Shown here piece by piece: positions 27,358 through 40,445 of a DNA stretch of 64,000 nucleotides (the stretch's first letter is position 1; each line of letters starts with the position of its first letter). The DNA is taken from NCBI GenBank assembly GCA_964016885.1, contig OZ024763.1:21700001-21764000 (forward strand). The letters run 5' to 3'. The notes beneath the pieces are model-generated. The model saw only the letters and a program-made list of their open reading frames with translations. It was not told where the DNA came from and searched no databases. The translations under genes and the position numbers were made by a program. This stretch comes from Eledone cirrhosa. Taxonomy: Eukaryota.

Positions 27358-27740
27358 GTTAAACAATATTCAATGATTATGTCAAAGAATGAGTTTTACA
27401 GTAGATTGGAAGCACTCAACAAGAAAATTATTTTCTGGAGTTATTAATATTAAAATACAAATATTAATAAAATAAATGTTCTTTTGATCAATTACGTTTT
27501 ATTATACATATTTTGGATGTACAACAGTACGTCCTCATCAGACAAAATATAATGATACATGACATACCCTGAGATGTTAAATGATTAAGATTTAAATTTT
27601 AACCATTTAACATCTCAGGGTATGTCATGTATCATTATATTTTGTCTGATGAGGACGTACTGTTGTACATCCGAAATATGTATAATAAAACGTAATTGAT
27701 CAAAAGAACATTTATTTTATTAATACTTATATTTTTATAT
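27352..27740. mobile_element. Fold-back PLE-terminus island (near-perfect palindrome centred 27593/27594)
   Basis: About 130-bp loop-less arms, left tail with gaagcactc...ctggagt, flanked by (TA)n. Confidence 0.8.
27640..27690 (+). ncRNA. Minimal type-I hammerhead ribozyme motif
   Basis: TTTTGT-CTGATGA-GGACGTAC-tgtt-GTACATCC-GAAA-TATGTA-TA-ATAAAA. Confidence 0.8.
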
Positions 27741-27746
27741 ATATAT

Positions 27747-28656
27747 CATAATCTATAAAGTTCAGTGTGTGGTCATGCTCCTTCGTTATAGAAATCTACG
27801 ATATAGAATTTATTCAATTGAAATTTACAATTCAGTATTCGAAATAGTTTCGATTGCGTCTTGACGCAGATAATTTTTTCAATTTCACCCACGATTACAC
27901 AAAAAATAGATAAAACTCAATATTTTACGATTTTTCTCTCTCATTTAAACTGCTGAACTCTTTCTACTACCATTCAAAATCTATACAACTTCATACTTTC
28001 TGCTACTTTCTCTTTCCAAGCTTGATGGTGATACTGTCCGTTCACACCACTCCCTACTGTCTTAAATTTAGAAAACACATATCCTCTATGAGGTTACTAA
28101 ACCTGCTAGAAACAGCAGCTAACTCTCCCCCATATCACACCCCTCCCCACACCACTCCCTACTGTCTTAAATTTAGAAAACACATATCCTCTATGAGGTT
28201 ACTAAACCTGCTAGAAACAGCAGCTAACTCTCCCCCATATCACACCCCTCCCTACTGTCTTAAATTTAGAAAACATATCTTCTATGAGGTCACTAAACCT
28301 GCTATAAACAGCAGCTAACTCTCCCCCATATCACACCACTCCCTACTGTCTTAAATTTAGAAAACACATATCCTCTATGAGGTCACTAAACCTGCTAGAA
28401 ACAACAGCTAACTCTCCCTCATATCACAACCCTCCCTACTGTCTTAAATTTAGAAAACACACAGACAACCATGCAGAACAACTCCATCGCAGCTCTGTTG
28501 TTCGGCGGGCATCGTCTACGCGCGTGTTGCGCAAGTACTGTGAAACAATAAATTTCAACAGTGCCTGGCAGACAAAAAAGTGCTGCCATAAAATGGGTGG
28601 TGCAACCTAACTTTGGTAACTTAATGACCCCGAGCAACGCCGGGCTTTAATGCTAG
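27747..28656 (+). mobile_element. Non-autonomous Helitron-like element
   Basis: 5' TC start (tcataatctataaag) after A; 3' GC hairpin cccgagcaacgccggg 8 nt before CTAG, followed by T. Confidence 0.6.
28043..28460. repeat. About 94-103 bp tandem repeat, about 4.5 copies
   Basis: ccctactgtcttaaatttagaaaacacatatcctctatgaggttactaaacctgctagaaacagcagc repeated. Confidence 0.9.
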
Positions 28657-28904
28657 TATATATATATATATATACTTCTACAGAACATACAGGCTAGAGA
28701 TGGGGGACAGGAAGTTGGGTATGGAGGGGTGGATAGTGAGGAAGAGGAGTCACAAGCTACAGTTAGAAGATGGGGGAATGAGGGAGGATGGAGTGGAGGA
28801 TATACAAGCTAGAGAGAGGAGGAGGAGAGGGGGATGAAGAAGGGGATTGAGGCACCAGGGTGGTGATTGTTGAGGAGAATAGTTAATGTCAGTGGCATTA
28901 TTAT

Positions 28905-29742
28905 TACAGCCCTTTATGATCTGAGTTCAAATCCCGCCAAGGTTAACTTTGCCTTTCATTCTTACGGGGTTGATAAAATAAAGTACCAGTAATGCACTGG
29001 GTAATTGCTGGCCTTGTGCCAAAAGTAAAAACAATTATTATTTTGGCAGTATCGGTAGAGGGTCAGACGCTATGCTTTGCCACATAAAGTTACGTCCCTT
29101 TATGATCTGAGTTCAAATCCCACTGAGGTTAACTTTGCTTTTCATCCTTATTCATTTCATTTCATTTAATTTTACGTCCGCTTTTCCCTGCTTGCAAGGG
29201 TGGGACGGGGAACTGATTCTGGCTTGATTTCTACAGCTGGATGCCCTTCCTAACACCAACCTCATTTACAGTGAGTGCTGGGTGCTTTTTTGCCATGGCA
29301 CCTCCACGACCACTTTGCAGTGGAATGATAGGGACCCCAGTCCCTATCATCTCATTTCTACAGCTGAGTAAACTGGAGCAATGTGAAATAAAGTGTCTTG
29401 CTCAAGGAAACAGCACATCACCCGGTCTGAGAATTGAACTCACAACCTTTCGATTGCAAGGCCAATGCTCTAACCACTAAGCCATGTGCCTCCATGGGGT
29501 TGATAAAATAAAATACCAGTAATACACTTGATATTATGATTTAATATGTATGTGGAGGCATGTGTGTGTGAAATTGGCATGGACCCTTTACATTCTGAGT
29601 TTAAATCCCGCCGAGGTTAGCTTTGTCTTTCATCCTTACAGGGTCGATAAAATAAAGTACCAGTCACACACTGGGGTCGATTTAATCAACTCCCCCCCCC
29701 CCCCCCCCCAAGAATTGCTGGCCTTGTGCCTTAATAAGAAAC
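28905..29742. mobile_element. Nested SINEs: family B copies (+) with a family A copy (-) at about 29160-29494 inserted into one of them
   Basis: The B core ttcatcctta (29150) resumes as tggggttgataaaataaaataccag (29495) after the A copy. Confidence 0.75.
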
Positions 29743-30133
29743 CATCATCACCACCACCACCACCACCATCATCATCACCACCATCCTCACCACCACCACC
29801 ATCATCATCACCACCATCCTCACCATCACCACCACCACCATCACCACCATCATCATCCTCACCACCACCACCACCATCACCACCATCATCATCCTCACCA
29901 CCACCATCACCACCATCACCATCCTCACCATCACCACCACCACCACCATCACCACCACCATCATCATCACCACCATCCTCACCATCACCACCACCACCAT
30001 CACCACCACCACCACCACCACCACCATCACCACCATCACCATCCTCACCATCACCACCACCACCACCACCACCACCACCCTCATCACCACCACCACCCTC
30101 ATCACCACCACCATCATCCTCACCATCACCACC

Positions 30134-30165
<32 letters not shown>

Positions 30166-30240
30166 CACCACCACCATCATCACCACCACCATCACCACCA
30201 TCACCATCATCATCACCACCATCACCATCATCATCATTAT
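29742..30240. repeat. (CCA/TCA)n trinucleotide repeat
   Basis: Direct inspection; source of the poly-Pro/Ser ORF. Confidence 0.95.
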
Positions 30241-32332
30241 AACCTAATGATTCATAAATAAATAAATAAATGACATAAATAAATATATAATTGAACCCTT
30301 CCCTTCCTCCCTCCCTCTCTCTTTCTACCCTTTCTCTGCCTCCCCCCCCCCCCCCTCTTCACCACCACCCTTTCTCTCTCCCTTCCACCACCGCCATCTC
30401 TCCCTCCACCCTATTCCCTGTCCTGACCACTGCCCCCTCCCCACCACCATCACCTACCTCTCCACCACCAAACTCTCTCTCTCCACCACCACCACTACCA
30501 TATCCCCCCCCCCCCCCTCCATATCCCCCCACCATATCCCCCCCCCACCATATCCCCCCACCATATCTCACCACCACCACCATATCCCCCCCCATACCCC
30601 CCCATATCTCCCCCTCCATACCCCCCATATCTCACCACCACCACCCACCACATCCCCCCACTTCCCCTCCATCCCCCCACCATACCCCCCCACCATACCC
30701 CCCCACCATACCCCCCCCCCCCACCATATCCCACCACCACCACCACCACCACCACCACATTAATATAAACATGTGTATAATCTCACTGCTTCATTACCTC
30801 AGCAAAGCTTTCTGCTTCAATGAGGATTTTTGTCATCCTTACTTTATAATACTTCAACTAACTGATAGGGAGAAGTGTATATATATATATATACAGTATA
30901 TACAGTATATATATATATATATACAGTATATACAGTATATACAGTATATATATATATATATACAGTATATATAAATATAAATGTACACACACACACACTC
31001 ACATATATACATTATAAATATAAATACACACACACACACATATATAAATATATACATACATATACACATATATATACACACACACACACACATATATACA
31101 TACATATACACATATATATACACACACACACACACATATATATATATACATACATATACACATATACACACACACACACATATATATATATATACATACA
31201 TATACACACATATATACACACACACACACACATATATATATACATATACACATATATGTATACATATATGTGTATATACATACACATATATGCATACACA
31301 CACACATACATATATACATACACACGCACACATATATACACATACATACACATATATATATTCTACAACAGTTGTTCGTTAGTGTTGATATAACAAACAT
31401 TAACATAGCTATAATGAGAGGAATTTGATTGGTCTCAATAGTTTCAATACTTTCTAGTATTTTTAATAGAAACTTATTACAAAACTAATAACATTTTTGC
31501 TAAACTTGATTGCATTTCTGACAAACAAATGCATGTTCAACATTGCGATAAGAAATAATTCAATTTCTTCAATCTTTTGGCATCCATTTTAGCTTTTTCA
31601 AATGGATTGCCAACACTGACTGAAGAATCTAAGCAAAGCTAAATACTTTATATTAAAATAGTATTGCTGTTGTGTATTGTTTTGTTGAGAGAATTTGTTG
31701 AAGTAGAGGAAGAGAAAGAATATAGAACTGAACAGGGCGGAGAGATGAGGAGACGAAGGGAGGTTTTAGGTTTTATTTTGGGGGCTTTTGAGATTTTGGG
31801 TTGTTGGTTGTGTTTTTTTTTTGTTTTCGAAAATATTGCTTTACATGTAATATCAAAGGAATTGTGGTTTTGGTTTTATGTGATATATATATTATATTAT
31901 ATATATATTATATTATTGTATATATATTATTATTATATTATATATATATTATATTATATATATATTATATTATATTATATATTATATTATATATATTATT
32001 ATTATATTATATTATATTATATATATATTATATTATATTATATATTATATTATATTATATTAGTTGTGGTGGGTTTTTTGAAAATTTTTTCTGATATATA
32101 TTTTATATTTTAGTCTGTGTAACATGTATGTGTATATATATATATTTATATATATATATATATATATTTATAGATATATATATATATTTATATTTATAGC
32201 CAACCACTGCTAGCACGGAAGGTGGACATTAGAACGATGTTAATGATGATGATGATGATAGATAAATATAAATATAGATATGTGTGTGGTAATATATACA
32301 CACACATATATGTATATATATATATATATTTA

Positions 32333-32672
32333 ATGGAGGCACATGGCTTAGTGGTTAGAGCATTGGCCTTGCAATCGAAAGGTTGTGAGTTCAATTCTCA
32401 GACCGGGTGATGTGTTGTTTCCTTGAGCAAGACACTTTATTTCACATTGCTCCAGTTTACTCAGCTGTAGAAAAGAGATGATAGGGACTGGGGGCCATAT
32501 CATTCCACTGCAAAGTGGTCGTGGAGGGGCCACGGCAAAAAAGCACCCAGCACTCACTGTAAATGAGGTTGGTGTTAGGAAGGGCATCCAGCTGTAGAAA
32601 TCAAGCCAGCATCAGTTCCCGTCTCACCCTTGCAAGCAGGGAAAAGCAGACGTAAAATGAAATGATGATGAA
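32333..32672 (+). mobile_element. SINE family A
   Basis: Same head, core and tail as 9559-9893. Confidence 0.9.
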
Positions 32673-32711
32673 TGATGATATATCATCATCATCAGATATG
32701 TATATATATAT

Positions 32712-33070
32712 ACTCCGTTTTTGAATTTGTTTTGCAAGATTTCTTGCAATATCTGAAAACATGTGTTGAAACAGATATTGTTATACTTTGGGAGGGTCAT
32801 GCTGCCAATAAAAACACACGCACCTGTTGGTTTTCACAATCAATTTATTACAAATTTCCGATTGGTTGGTTCAATAATTGGGTGGTGGTTCATTTATTTG
32901 TTTATTGTCAAAGCTCTTTCATCACACATTCTGACACCTCCTCAGTGAAGCCCCTACGAGACGGTGTGTCTGTTCCAGCATGTCTCCTTCGCTGTCCGCT
33001 GGGGCAATGTCTTCTCCATCCTGTTGGCCAGGACGACGGGCTTCATTTATGGTGGTGGTGCCATGTGGAA
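32712..33070 (-). mobile_element. Solo 3' terminus of a Penelope-like element related to PLE 2, with degenerate hammerhead
   Basis: Shares gtgttgaaacagatattgttatactttgggagggtcatg with 47030-47070; minus strand 32906-32950 reads TTCA-CTGAGGA-ggtgtca...tgat-GAAA-GAGC-TT-TGAC. Confidence 0.7.
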
Positions 33071-33459
33071 TAGATTTAGTTCTATAACCAATGAGTAGGT
33101 TGAGAAACGAAACATACACACACATTTCTGCTAACTCTGCTGGTCTATTTTTTCTAATGGATGAATAATGTACATGATTACAGCAGATTGTAAAGTTTAT
33201 CGGTTTGAAGACCAACCTTTGATGTTGTGTAGATATATTTATCTTCTTGCCCCACTGAAAAAGATGTGAAGTTATCTCTCTCGCTTCATAGGACTAGAAG
33301 ATTCAGTAGCTCATATCAGCTTCTTTCTCACTTGCCACGAAACTAATATTTGTAGAGGGAGGGGAATCAGTTGATTCAATGATAAAATTATTATTCTATG
33401 GGGAGTGAAAACAGTTGATTGAATTGATCCATCTCCATGCTGTTATTTATTTTCACTGA

Positions 33460-33648
33460 AGGGTGGTGGATTGGCAGTATCGGTAGAGGGTCGGACGCCA
33501 TGCTTTCCAGCATAGTTACGTCCCTTTATGATCTGAGTTCAAATCCCGCCGAGGTTGACTTTGCCTTTCATCCTTACGGGGTCGATAAAATAAAGTACCA
33601 GTAATGCACTGGGTAATTTGCTGGCCTTGTGCCTAAAGTAGAAACAGT
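33460..33648 (+). mobile_element. SINE family B
   Basis: Head and core as above. Confidence 0.85.
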
Positions 33649-33879
33649 TATTTATTTTCACTGATACTGTTTCCTAAAGAGCGTCACGGCCCTTGGAACA
33701 TCAAGCATAAGTAGTGAAGGAGTCTCTTGCTGGGAAGAAAAACTTAACAACCTCCCATCTCTAACAACAATGGAGCTAAAGGCGAGTGAGGCACTTCTCT
33801 CCACACACACACCCTCGTATATATAATAGTAGAATACTGGAGGGTTATATCCATAATAGTAGAGCATATACTTATATAT

Positions 33880-33914
<35 letters not shown>

Positions 33915-33946
33915 GAAGTGGTTACACAACAGTTAGTTCACCATAC

Positions 33947-33984
33947 CGAGAACAATTGTTTCACCTTAGCAGATCCTCAGCTCA
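33947..33984 (-). ncRNA. Candidate minimal type-I hammerhead in a 95-bp island between (TA)n tracts
   Basis: Minus strand TGAG-CTGAGGA-tctgctaaggt-GAAA-CAATTG-TT-CTCG; stem II is weak. Confidence 0.5.
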
Positions 33985-34003
33985 TAATGTACATGGCTAT
34001 ACG

Positions 34004-34097
<94 letters not shown>

Positions 34098-34177
34098 AGT
34101 TAAATCGACATTCGTTGTTTTTTTGACTTATGTCTTGATGATTTCTGGAACCAATTAACCACATAGGGTGAGATAAC

Positions 34178-34234
<57 letters not shown>

Positions 34235-34622
34235 TACATATATATATATAAATGAAGTAGTCACAGAGACCTCTACTGAAATAATAAGCTTTAAGCCTTC
34301 TTGTGAAATATTTTAATCTAGACATCAGTATTTGGTTATTTCTATGAATACAGTGAAATGAGACTGAATAAATATATCAATATAATTGTAGCATAAGCTT
34401 GGCATCAACATTCTTAAATCTCTTCTGTTGTCTTCTAGAATCTTCAAATAACTTCTTTTTTGGATGAGAAAACATCAAATGGCTGAAAAGATATAAAGAG
34501 TACATACACACACAGACATACACACATACATATATGTATATATGTATGTGTATATGTATATGTGTGTATCTATATGTATATGTGTATATATATGTATATA
34601 TATATGTGTGTGTATGTGTGTG

Positions 34623-34725
<103 letters not shown>

Positions 34726-35367
34726 TCATTATTGTTTTACGTTCACTTTCCCCACTAGCAAGGGCTGATATATATATATATATATATGTAAATATATTAT
34801 GCAAATATATAAATATATAAACGCACACACTCACACGTATATATATACATGCATAAATGTATGTATATATATGTGTATATATATAAAAGAAAAAAGAAAA
34901 AACACAAAAGATAAGAAGTAGATATTTATTTTTCAAGGAAATGAGCTGTCATTTCTTCGTTTGACGAAGGAGGGATAATTTCTCATTAGTTCTTTTCTCA
35001 ATATCTCTGCTGCCAAAAATTGGTGTCGGAGGGGGGGGGGGGGGTAGTGTGGATTATTCCAAGATATTAATCATGTTTGTTGTTGTTGTCGTTGCAAGTG
35101 TTTCTTTGTTGTTGCTGTTTTTTTTTTTCTATCCTTTACAGTTTCTTAAAGTCTTTATTATGGTTTCCTTCTTTGAACATTGTTACAAGTAACGACTTTA
35201 TTTCTTTCTCTCTCTCTCTCTCTCTCTCCCTCACTCCCTCTCATTCTGTCACTCTCTCATTCTCGCTCTTTCTTTCTCTCTCTCACTCTCTCTCTCTCTC
35301 TTACTCTCTCTTTCTCCCAACTTCTCTCTCCCCCACTAGTTGTAAGTAAATCTATATAAGAAAAATG

Positions 35368-35416
<49 letters not shown>

Positions 35417-35687
35417 CCATGATAGAAAATGTGACTCAGCTGTCTAGTGCCAGGCTGTGGTGGTGGGTGGAGGGTGGAAGAAGGGGCCTGGGGAGGGGGA
35501 GATGTGGGGGGGAGTTTTATTATTGATCCATCGATGAAAGATCAATCATTCGTTCATTGGTTTGTGTTTGTTGATTGCTTGTTTTTTTTCTCTCTCCCAT
35601 TGAAGTCATTCTACCCGATTGGCTATAGATATCTTCCCCCTCCCACCCCGCCTCCTTCATCTAGCAAGCTTATTCCAGTGGCTTGCA

Positions 35688-37376
35688 TGTGGTCAAATGG
35701 TCACGTGGTCACATTGTCACGCAGTCAAATGGTCATTTGATTAAGTGGTCAAATGGTCATTTGGTCACGTGGTCACATTGTCACGCGGTCAAATGGTCAT
35801 TTGATTAAGTGGTCAAATGGTCATTTGGTCAAATAGTTATGGGTTTAAGTGGTCATGCGGTCAAATGGTCAAATGGTTATGGGGTCAAATAGTCACGTGG
35901 TCATGTGGTCACATTGTCACGCGGTCATTTGATCAAGTGGTCAAATGGTCATTTGATAAAATGGTTATGGGGTCAAATGGTCACGTGGTCTTGTGGTCAC
36001 ATTGTCACGCGGTCAAATGGTCATTTGATCAAGGGGTCAAATCGTCAGGTTGTCATGTCTTCACATTGTCACGCGGTCAAATGGTCATTTGATCAAGTGG
36101 TCAAATGGTTATGGGGTCAAATGGTCACGTGGTCTTGTGGTTACATTGCCACGCGGTCAAATGGTCATTTGATCAAGTGGTCAAATGGTTATGGGGTCAA
36201 ATGGTCACGTGGTCACATTGTCACGCGGTCAAATGGTCATTTTATCAAGTGGTCAAATGGTCATTTGGTCACGTGGTCACATTGTCACGCGGTCAAATGG
36301 TCATTTGATTAAGTGGTCAAATGGTCATGTGGTCACATTGTCACGCGGTCAAATGGTCATTTGATCGAGGGGTCAAATGGTCACGTTGTCATGTGGTCAC
36401 ATTGTCACGCGGTCAAATAGTCACATCGTCACGTGGTCAAATGCTCATTTGATCAAGTGGTCAAATGGTCATTTGGTCAAATAGTTATGGGGTCAAGTGG
36501 TCATGTGGTTACATTGTCACGCGGTCAAATGGTCAAATGGTTATGGGGTCAAATGGTCACGTGCTCATGTGGTCACATTGTCACGCCGTCATTTGATCAA
36601 GTGGTCAAATGGTTATGGGGTCAAATGGTCATGTGGTCACATTGTCACGCGGTCAAATGGTCATTTGATCAAGTGGTCAAATGGTTATTGGGTCAAATGG
36701 TCACGTGGTCTTGTGATCACATTGTCACGCGGTCAAATGGTCATTTGATCAAGGGGTCAAATGGTCACGTCAGGTGGTCACATTGTCACGCGGTCAAATG
36801 GTCATTTGGTCAAATGGTCACGTGGTCTTGTGGTCACATTGTCACGCGGTCAAATGGCCATTTGATCAAGGGGTCATATGGTCACGTTGTCATGTGGTCA
36901 CATTGTCACGCAGTCAAATGCTCATTTGAGCAAGTGGTCAAATGGTCACGTGGTCATGCGGTCACATTGTCACGCGGTCAAATGGTCATTTGATCAAGTT
37001 GTCAAATGGTCATTTGGTCAAATGGTCACGTGGTCACGTGGTCACATTGTCACGTGGTCAAATGTTCATTTGATCAAGTGGTCAAATGGTCACATTGTCA
37101 CGTGGTCAAATGCTCATTTGATCAAGTGGTCAAATGGTCACATTGTCACGTGGTCAAATGTTCATTTGATCAAGTGGTCAAATGCTCATTTGATCAAGTG
37201 GTCAAATGGACATTTGGTCATATGGTTATGGGGTCAAATGGTCACGTGGTCATGAGGTCACATTGTCATGCGGTCAAATGGTCATTTGATCAAGGGGTCA
37301 AACGGTCATTTGGTCAAGGGGTCAAATGGTCACGTTGTCATGTGGTCAAATGGTTATGGGGTCAAATGATCTAATG
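35688..37376. repeat. Complex satellite built on 8-nt GGTCAnnn words
   Basis: Mosaic of ggtcaaat, ggtcattt, gatcaagt, ggtcacgt, ggtcacat, tgtcacgc and ggttatgg units in register over about 1.7 kb. Confidence 0.92.
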
Positions 37377-37729
37377 GTGGTAGTGGTAGACATGATGATG
37401 ATGGTGGTGGTGGTGATTATGAGGATGGTGATGGTGATTATGATGATGAGGGTGATAGTGATGATGATTGTTGCTGTTTCTCCTTCAAATCTAAAACCCT
37501 AAAACAGTTCAATAAGTTACCCCTTCTTATCTCCCCTTTTCACGGCTGTCATGAAACTCTTTGAAATAAGAGATTAGACATTTCTTTATTATTATTGTCT
37601 TTTATGTGATCCAATTAGTAGAAGACAATTATTTCCACCAAAAGAACCAACATTTATGACCAATGTTTGATGTGACCCTTACTGCAGGCCTGTATCTTAA
37701 TGTTTTATTGTGGTTATTAGAATAAAAAA

Positions 37730-38250
37730 GGCAGGGAAGGGCAAGGGCTCTAGGGTCACAAAAAAATGGGAGGGGGAGGGTGAAGGGCTCTCGGGTCACA
37801 GAAAAATGGAAGGGGGAGGGTGAAAGGCTCTGGGGTCACAGAAAAATGGAAGGGGAAGGGTGATGGACTCTAGGGTCACAGAAAAATGGAGGGGGGGGCT
37901 CTGGGGCCACAGAAAAATGGAAGTGGAAGGGTGAAGGGCTCTGGGGTCACAGAAAAATGGGAGGGGGATGGTAATGGGCTCTAGGTCTGGGGCACATGAT
38001 CCTTATTGTATCTTACTGTTTTATTTTGGTTATGAAAACAGAAAAGGACGAGAAAAGCAAGTGCTCTAGGGTCACAGAAAAATGGGAGGGGAAGGGGGAG
38101 GGTGATGGGCTCTAGGTCTAGGGCGCGTGATCCTTGTTACTTAATGTTTTATTGTAAAAAAATATAAGTATCTCTTGTGGTTATGAAAACGGAAAGGGAA
38201 AGGCAAGGGTTTTAGGGTCACACAAGAATGGAAGGGCGGAAGGGTGATGC
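37730..38250. repeat. G-rich degenerate tandem repeat, about 41 bp
   Basis: gggtgaagggctctagggtcacagaaaaatggaagggga repeated about 8 times. Confidence 0.8.
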
Positions 38251-38284
38251 GCTGTAGGCCTAGGGATGCAGTGGTGTTGGGGTT

Positions 38285-38470
38285 GTGCCCCATGGACAAG
38301 ACCGCAGAAGCATTTCCGCAGACAATGGCCAGTGACACCAAACTGCAAAAGCGGACCCCTTCCTTAGATGGGGCTGCTGATGTTCTGATCTTGCAGAGGA
38401 GTTTGGCAGTATGGGGTCCAAGTATACCTGAGGTCTCGACGGTGACCGCACAATCCCCGGTATTTGTTTG
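38285..38470 (-). mobile_element. CRE-like RLE non-LTR retrotransposon C-terminal relic
   Basis: Minus strand VTVETSGILGPHTAKLL...LVSLAIVCGNASAVL resembles the AVET.G..GP...QRLS.AIQRGNA motif. Confidence 0.55.
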
Positions 38471-39088
38471 TCTTCCTCTCCTACTAAATAGGGGGCAAAT
38501 TGGTAGAGTTATTATAACACCAGGTAGAGTATCTGTTCCGACTCCCTGCTCTCTGAGTTCAAATCCCACCAAAGTCAACTTTGTTTTTCATCCCTAATCT
38601 GTTTCCCATTGGCCTTCAATATTTGAAATTTTTATTTTATTTTATTTTTCACCCTTTAAAAATTTTTTTTTATTACTTGCCTCATTAGAGCCTTTTGATT
38701 ACCAACTGTAAGAAGTACTCAATACTTTCCCTCGTCTGTCATAGCTTACTACTCTTTCTATCCTTCTCTGGAAGAAATCTGCTGTATTCAGGCCCGGAGA
38801 GGAGATGGGCTCTGCCAGGCTTAAAAATACCCTAGAAATGCTGTTTGCTGTCCCTACAAGTCCATCAGGAGTTACAGGGAAAAAGAGAGATAACTAAATC
38901 AACTGTATCTTTTCTTCCAACCCTGAACATTTAGGGGTACCAGTTATATATTGTGACCTGATATAATAACCAACTATATCCTTCCTGTGTTCCTTCCTTC
39001 CCTCAAGATTTGGGGATGTTTACACTCCCTTACAAACATTTATAATCAGTAAAGTTTACATTTTTATCCTATTTTACTCTATTTTCAG

Positions 39089-39180
39089 AAAACCGCATGA
39101 TTATTCTGCCAAAGCAGTTGGAGGATATACCAATTGCATCAGAATTTCCATCAGTAAGGCATCGGTGGAATACAAATGAG
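39089..39180 (+). CDS. CAMTA: Internal exon of a calmodulin-binding transcription activator (start of the CG-1 DNA-binding domain)
   Basis: Polypyrimidine tract plus ttttcAG acceptor and GAG|GTTAGT donor; 92 nt encoding (x)NRMIILPKQLEDIPIASEFPSVRHRWNTNE, matching the CAMTA motif LPK.LE.LP....P..RHRWNTNE. Confidence 0.9.
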
Positions 39181-39370
39181 GTTAGTTTATTTTCATATTT
39201 TCCCCTTAACCTGTTGTCTGCCATGTATATTTTACACAGCTACAGTTGCTGTGCCAGGTTTGTTCTTTTTTTTTCAGTAAAACAACCATTTTTTAAAACA
39301 AACATTTGTTAACAACACATATCTGAATGATTGACAAACATCACATCAATAAACTAGAAACTCCATCTAG

Positions 39371-39510
39371 CTTTGAAGTTATGAACTGTTGGAAACGATG
39401 ACATAACTTTGAAGTTATGAACTGTTGGAAACGATGACATAACTTTGAAGTTATGAACTGTTGGAAAAGAGTTCATAACTTTGAAGTTATGAACTGTGGG
39501 AAACGAGTTT
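39371..39510. repeat. 36-bp tandem repeat, about 4 copies
   Basis: ctttgaagttatgaactgttggaaacgatgacataa. Confidence 0.9.
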
Positions 39511-39734
39511 GAACATGTTCGAATGAGTTATCTCGTCCGTGGCACACAAGTTAGGATGAGTTATCTCATCTACAGCACAGAAGAGGTTAAACTGGCTGTA
39601 TCGGACCAGAATTCTTTCACCTCTTTCTGTTTAAACTGGCTGTATCCAGCCAGAATTCTCTCACCTCTTCCTTAGCACCATGGTCGTGATTTCACATCTC
39701 TCTCTCTATTGGTATATATATATATATATATATA

Positions 39735-40445
39735 TCATCATCATCATCATCATTTTATGTCTGCTTTTCTCTGCTTGCAAGGGTGGGACTGGTCCTATTC
39801 AGCACAGCACCTTTCCACTTGTCACAGTCCTTCGCCATCTCCTCCGTGAGCTTCAGCGAACTGAGGTCTGCTCTCACCACCTCCGCCCATGTTTTTCGTG
39901 GTCTACCTCTATTGCGTCTTCCTTCTAATGGGATTTCTTGGCACTTCTTTACCCAGCAGTCATCCTCCATGCGCATCACATGTCCATACCATCTCAGTCT
40001 TCTCTCCCGCACACCACAACTTATCCCTCTCATACACAGTTTCTCTCTCAACTCATCTATGCTTGGTCATTTACGTATATTGACATTACACATCCAACGG
40101 AGCATGCTTGCTTCATTTCTCTCCAGCCGTTGCATATCCTCTGCAGTTGCTGCTCATGCTTCACTTCCATGCAGCATTGCGCATCTCACACATTGCGCAT
40201 CTCGCACATTGCGCATCTCACACATTGCGCATCTTGCCTCATATAACCATCCTTTCGTTCGTAGGGAGAGAAACCCTTCTTTGTCAACAGAGGAAGCAGC
40301 TCCCTAAACTTCTTCCAGCCTGTCCTTATTCTAGATACTATGGCCTCCGAACCCCCCACCCTCCCTCCTCCCTCCTCCCATGCTAATCTGATCACCTACG
40401 TACCGGAAGCTATCAACCACTTCCATAGAACCCACCTGCATTTCA
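39735..40445 (-). mobile_element. RTE-clade LINE 3' fragment (decayed ORF2 C-terminus)
   Basis: EVVDSFRYVGD, SRIRTGWKKFRELLPLL, MLHGSEAW, RRLRWYGHVMRM, GRPRKTW; ends in (ATG)n; internal 16-bp x4 duplication at about 40175-40233. Confidence 0.92.

Noticed and set aside
29550-30974. Extensin-like proline-rich ORFs
   Set aside because: Simple CCA/C-rich repeats that start inside a SINE.
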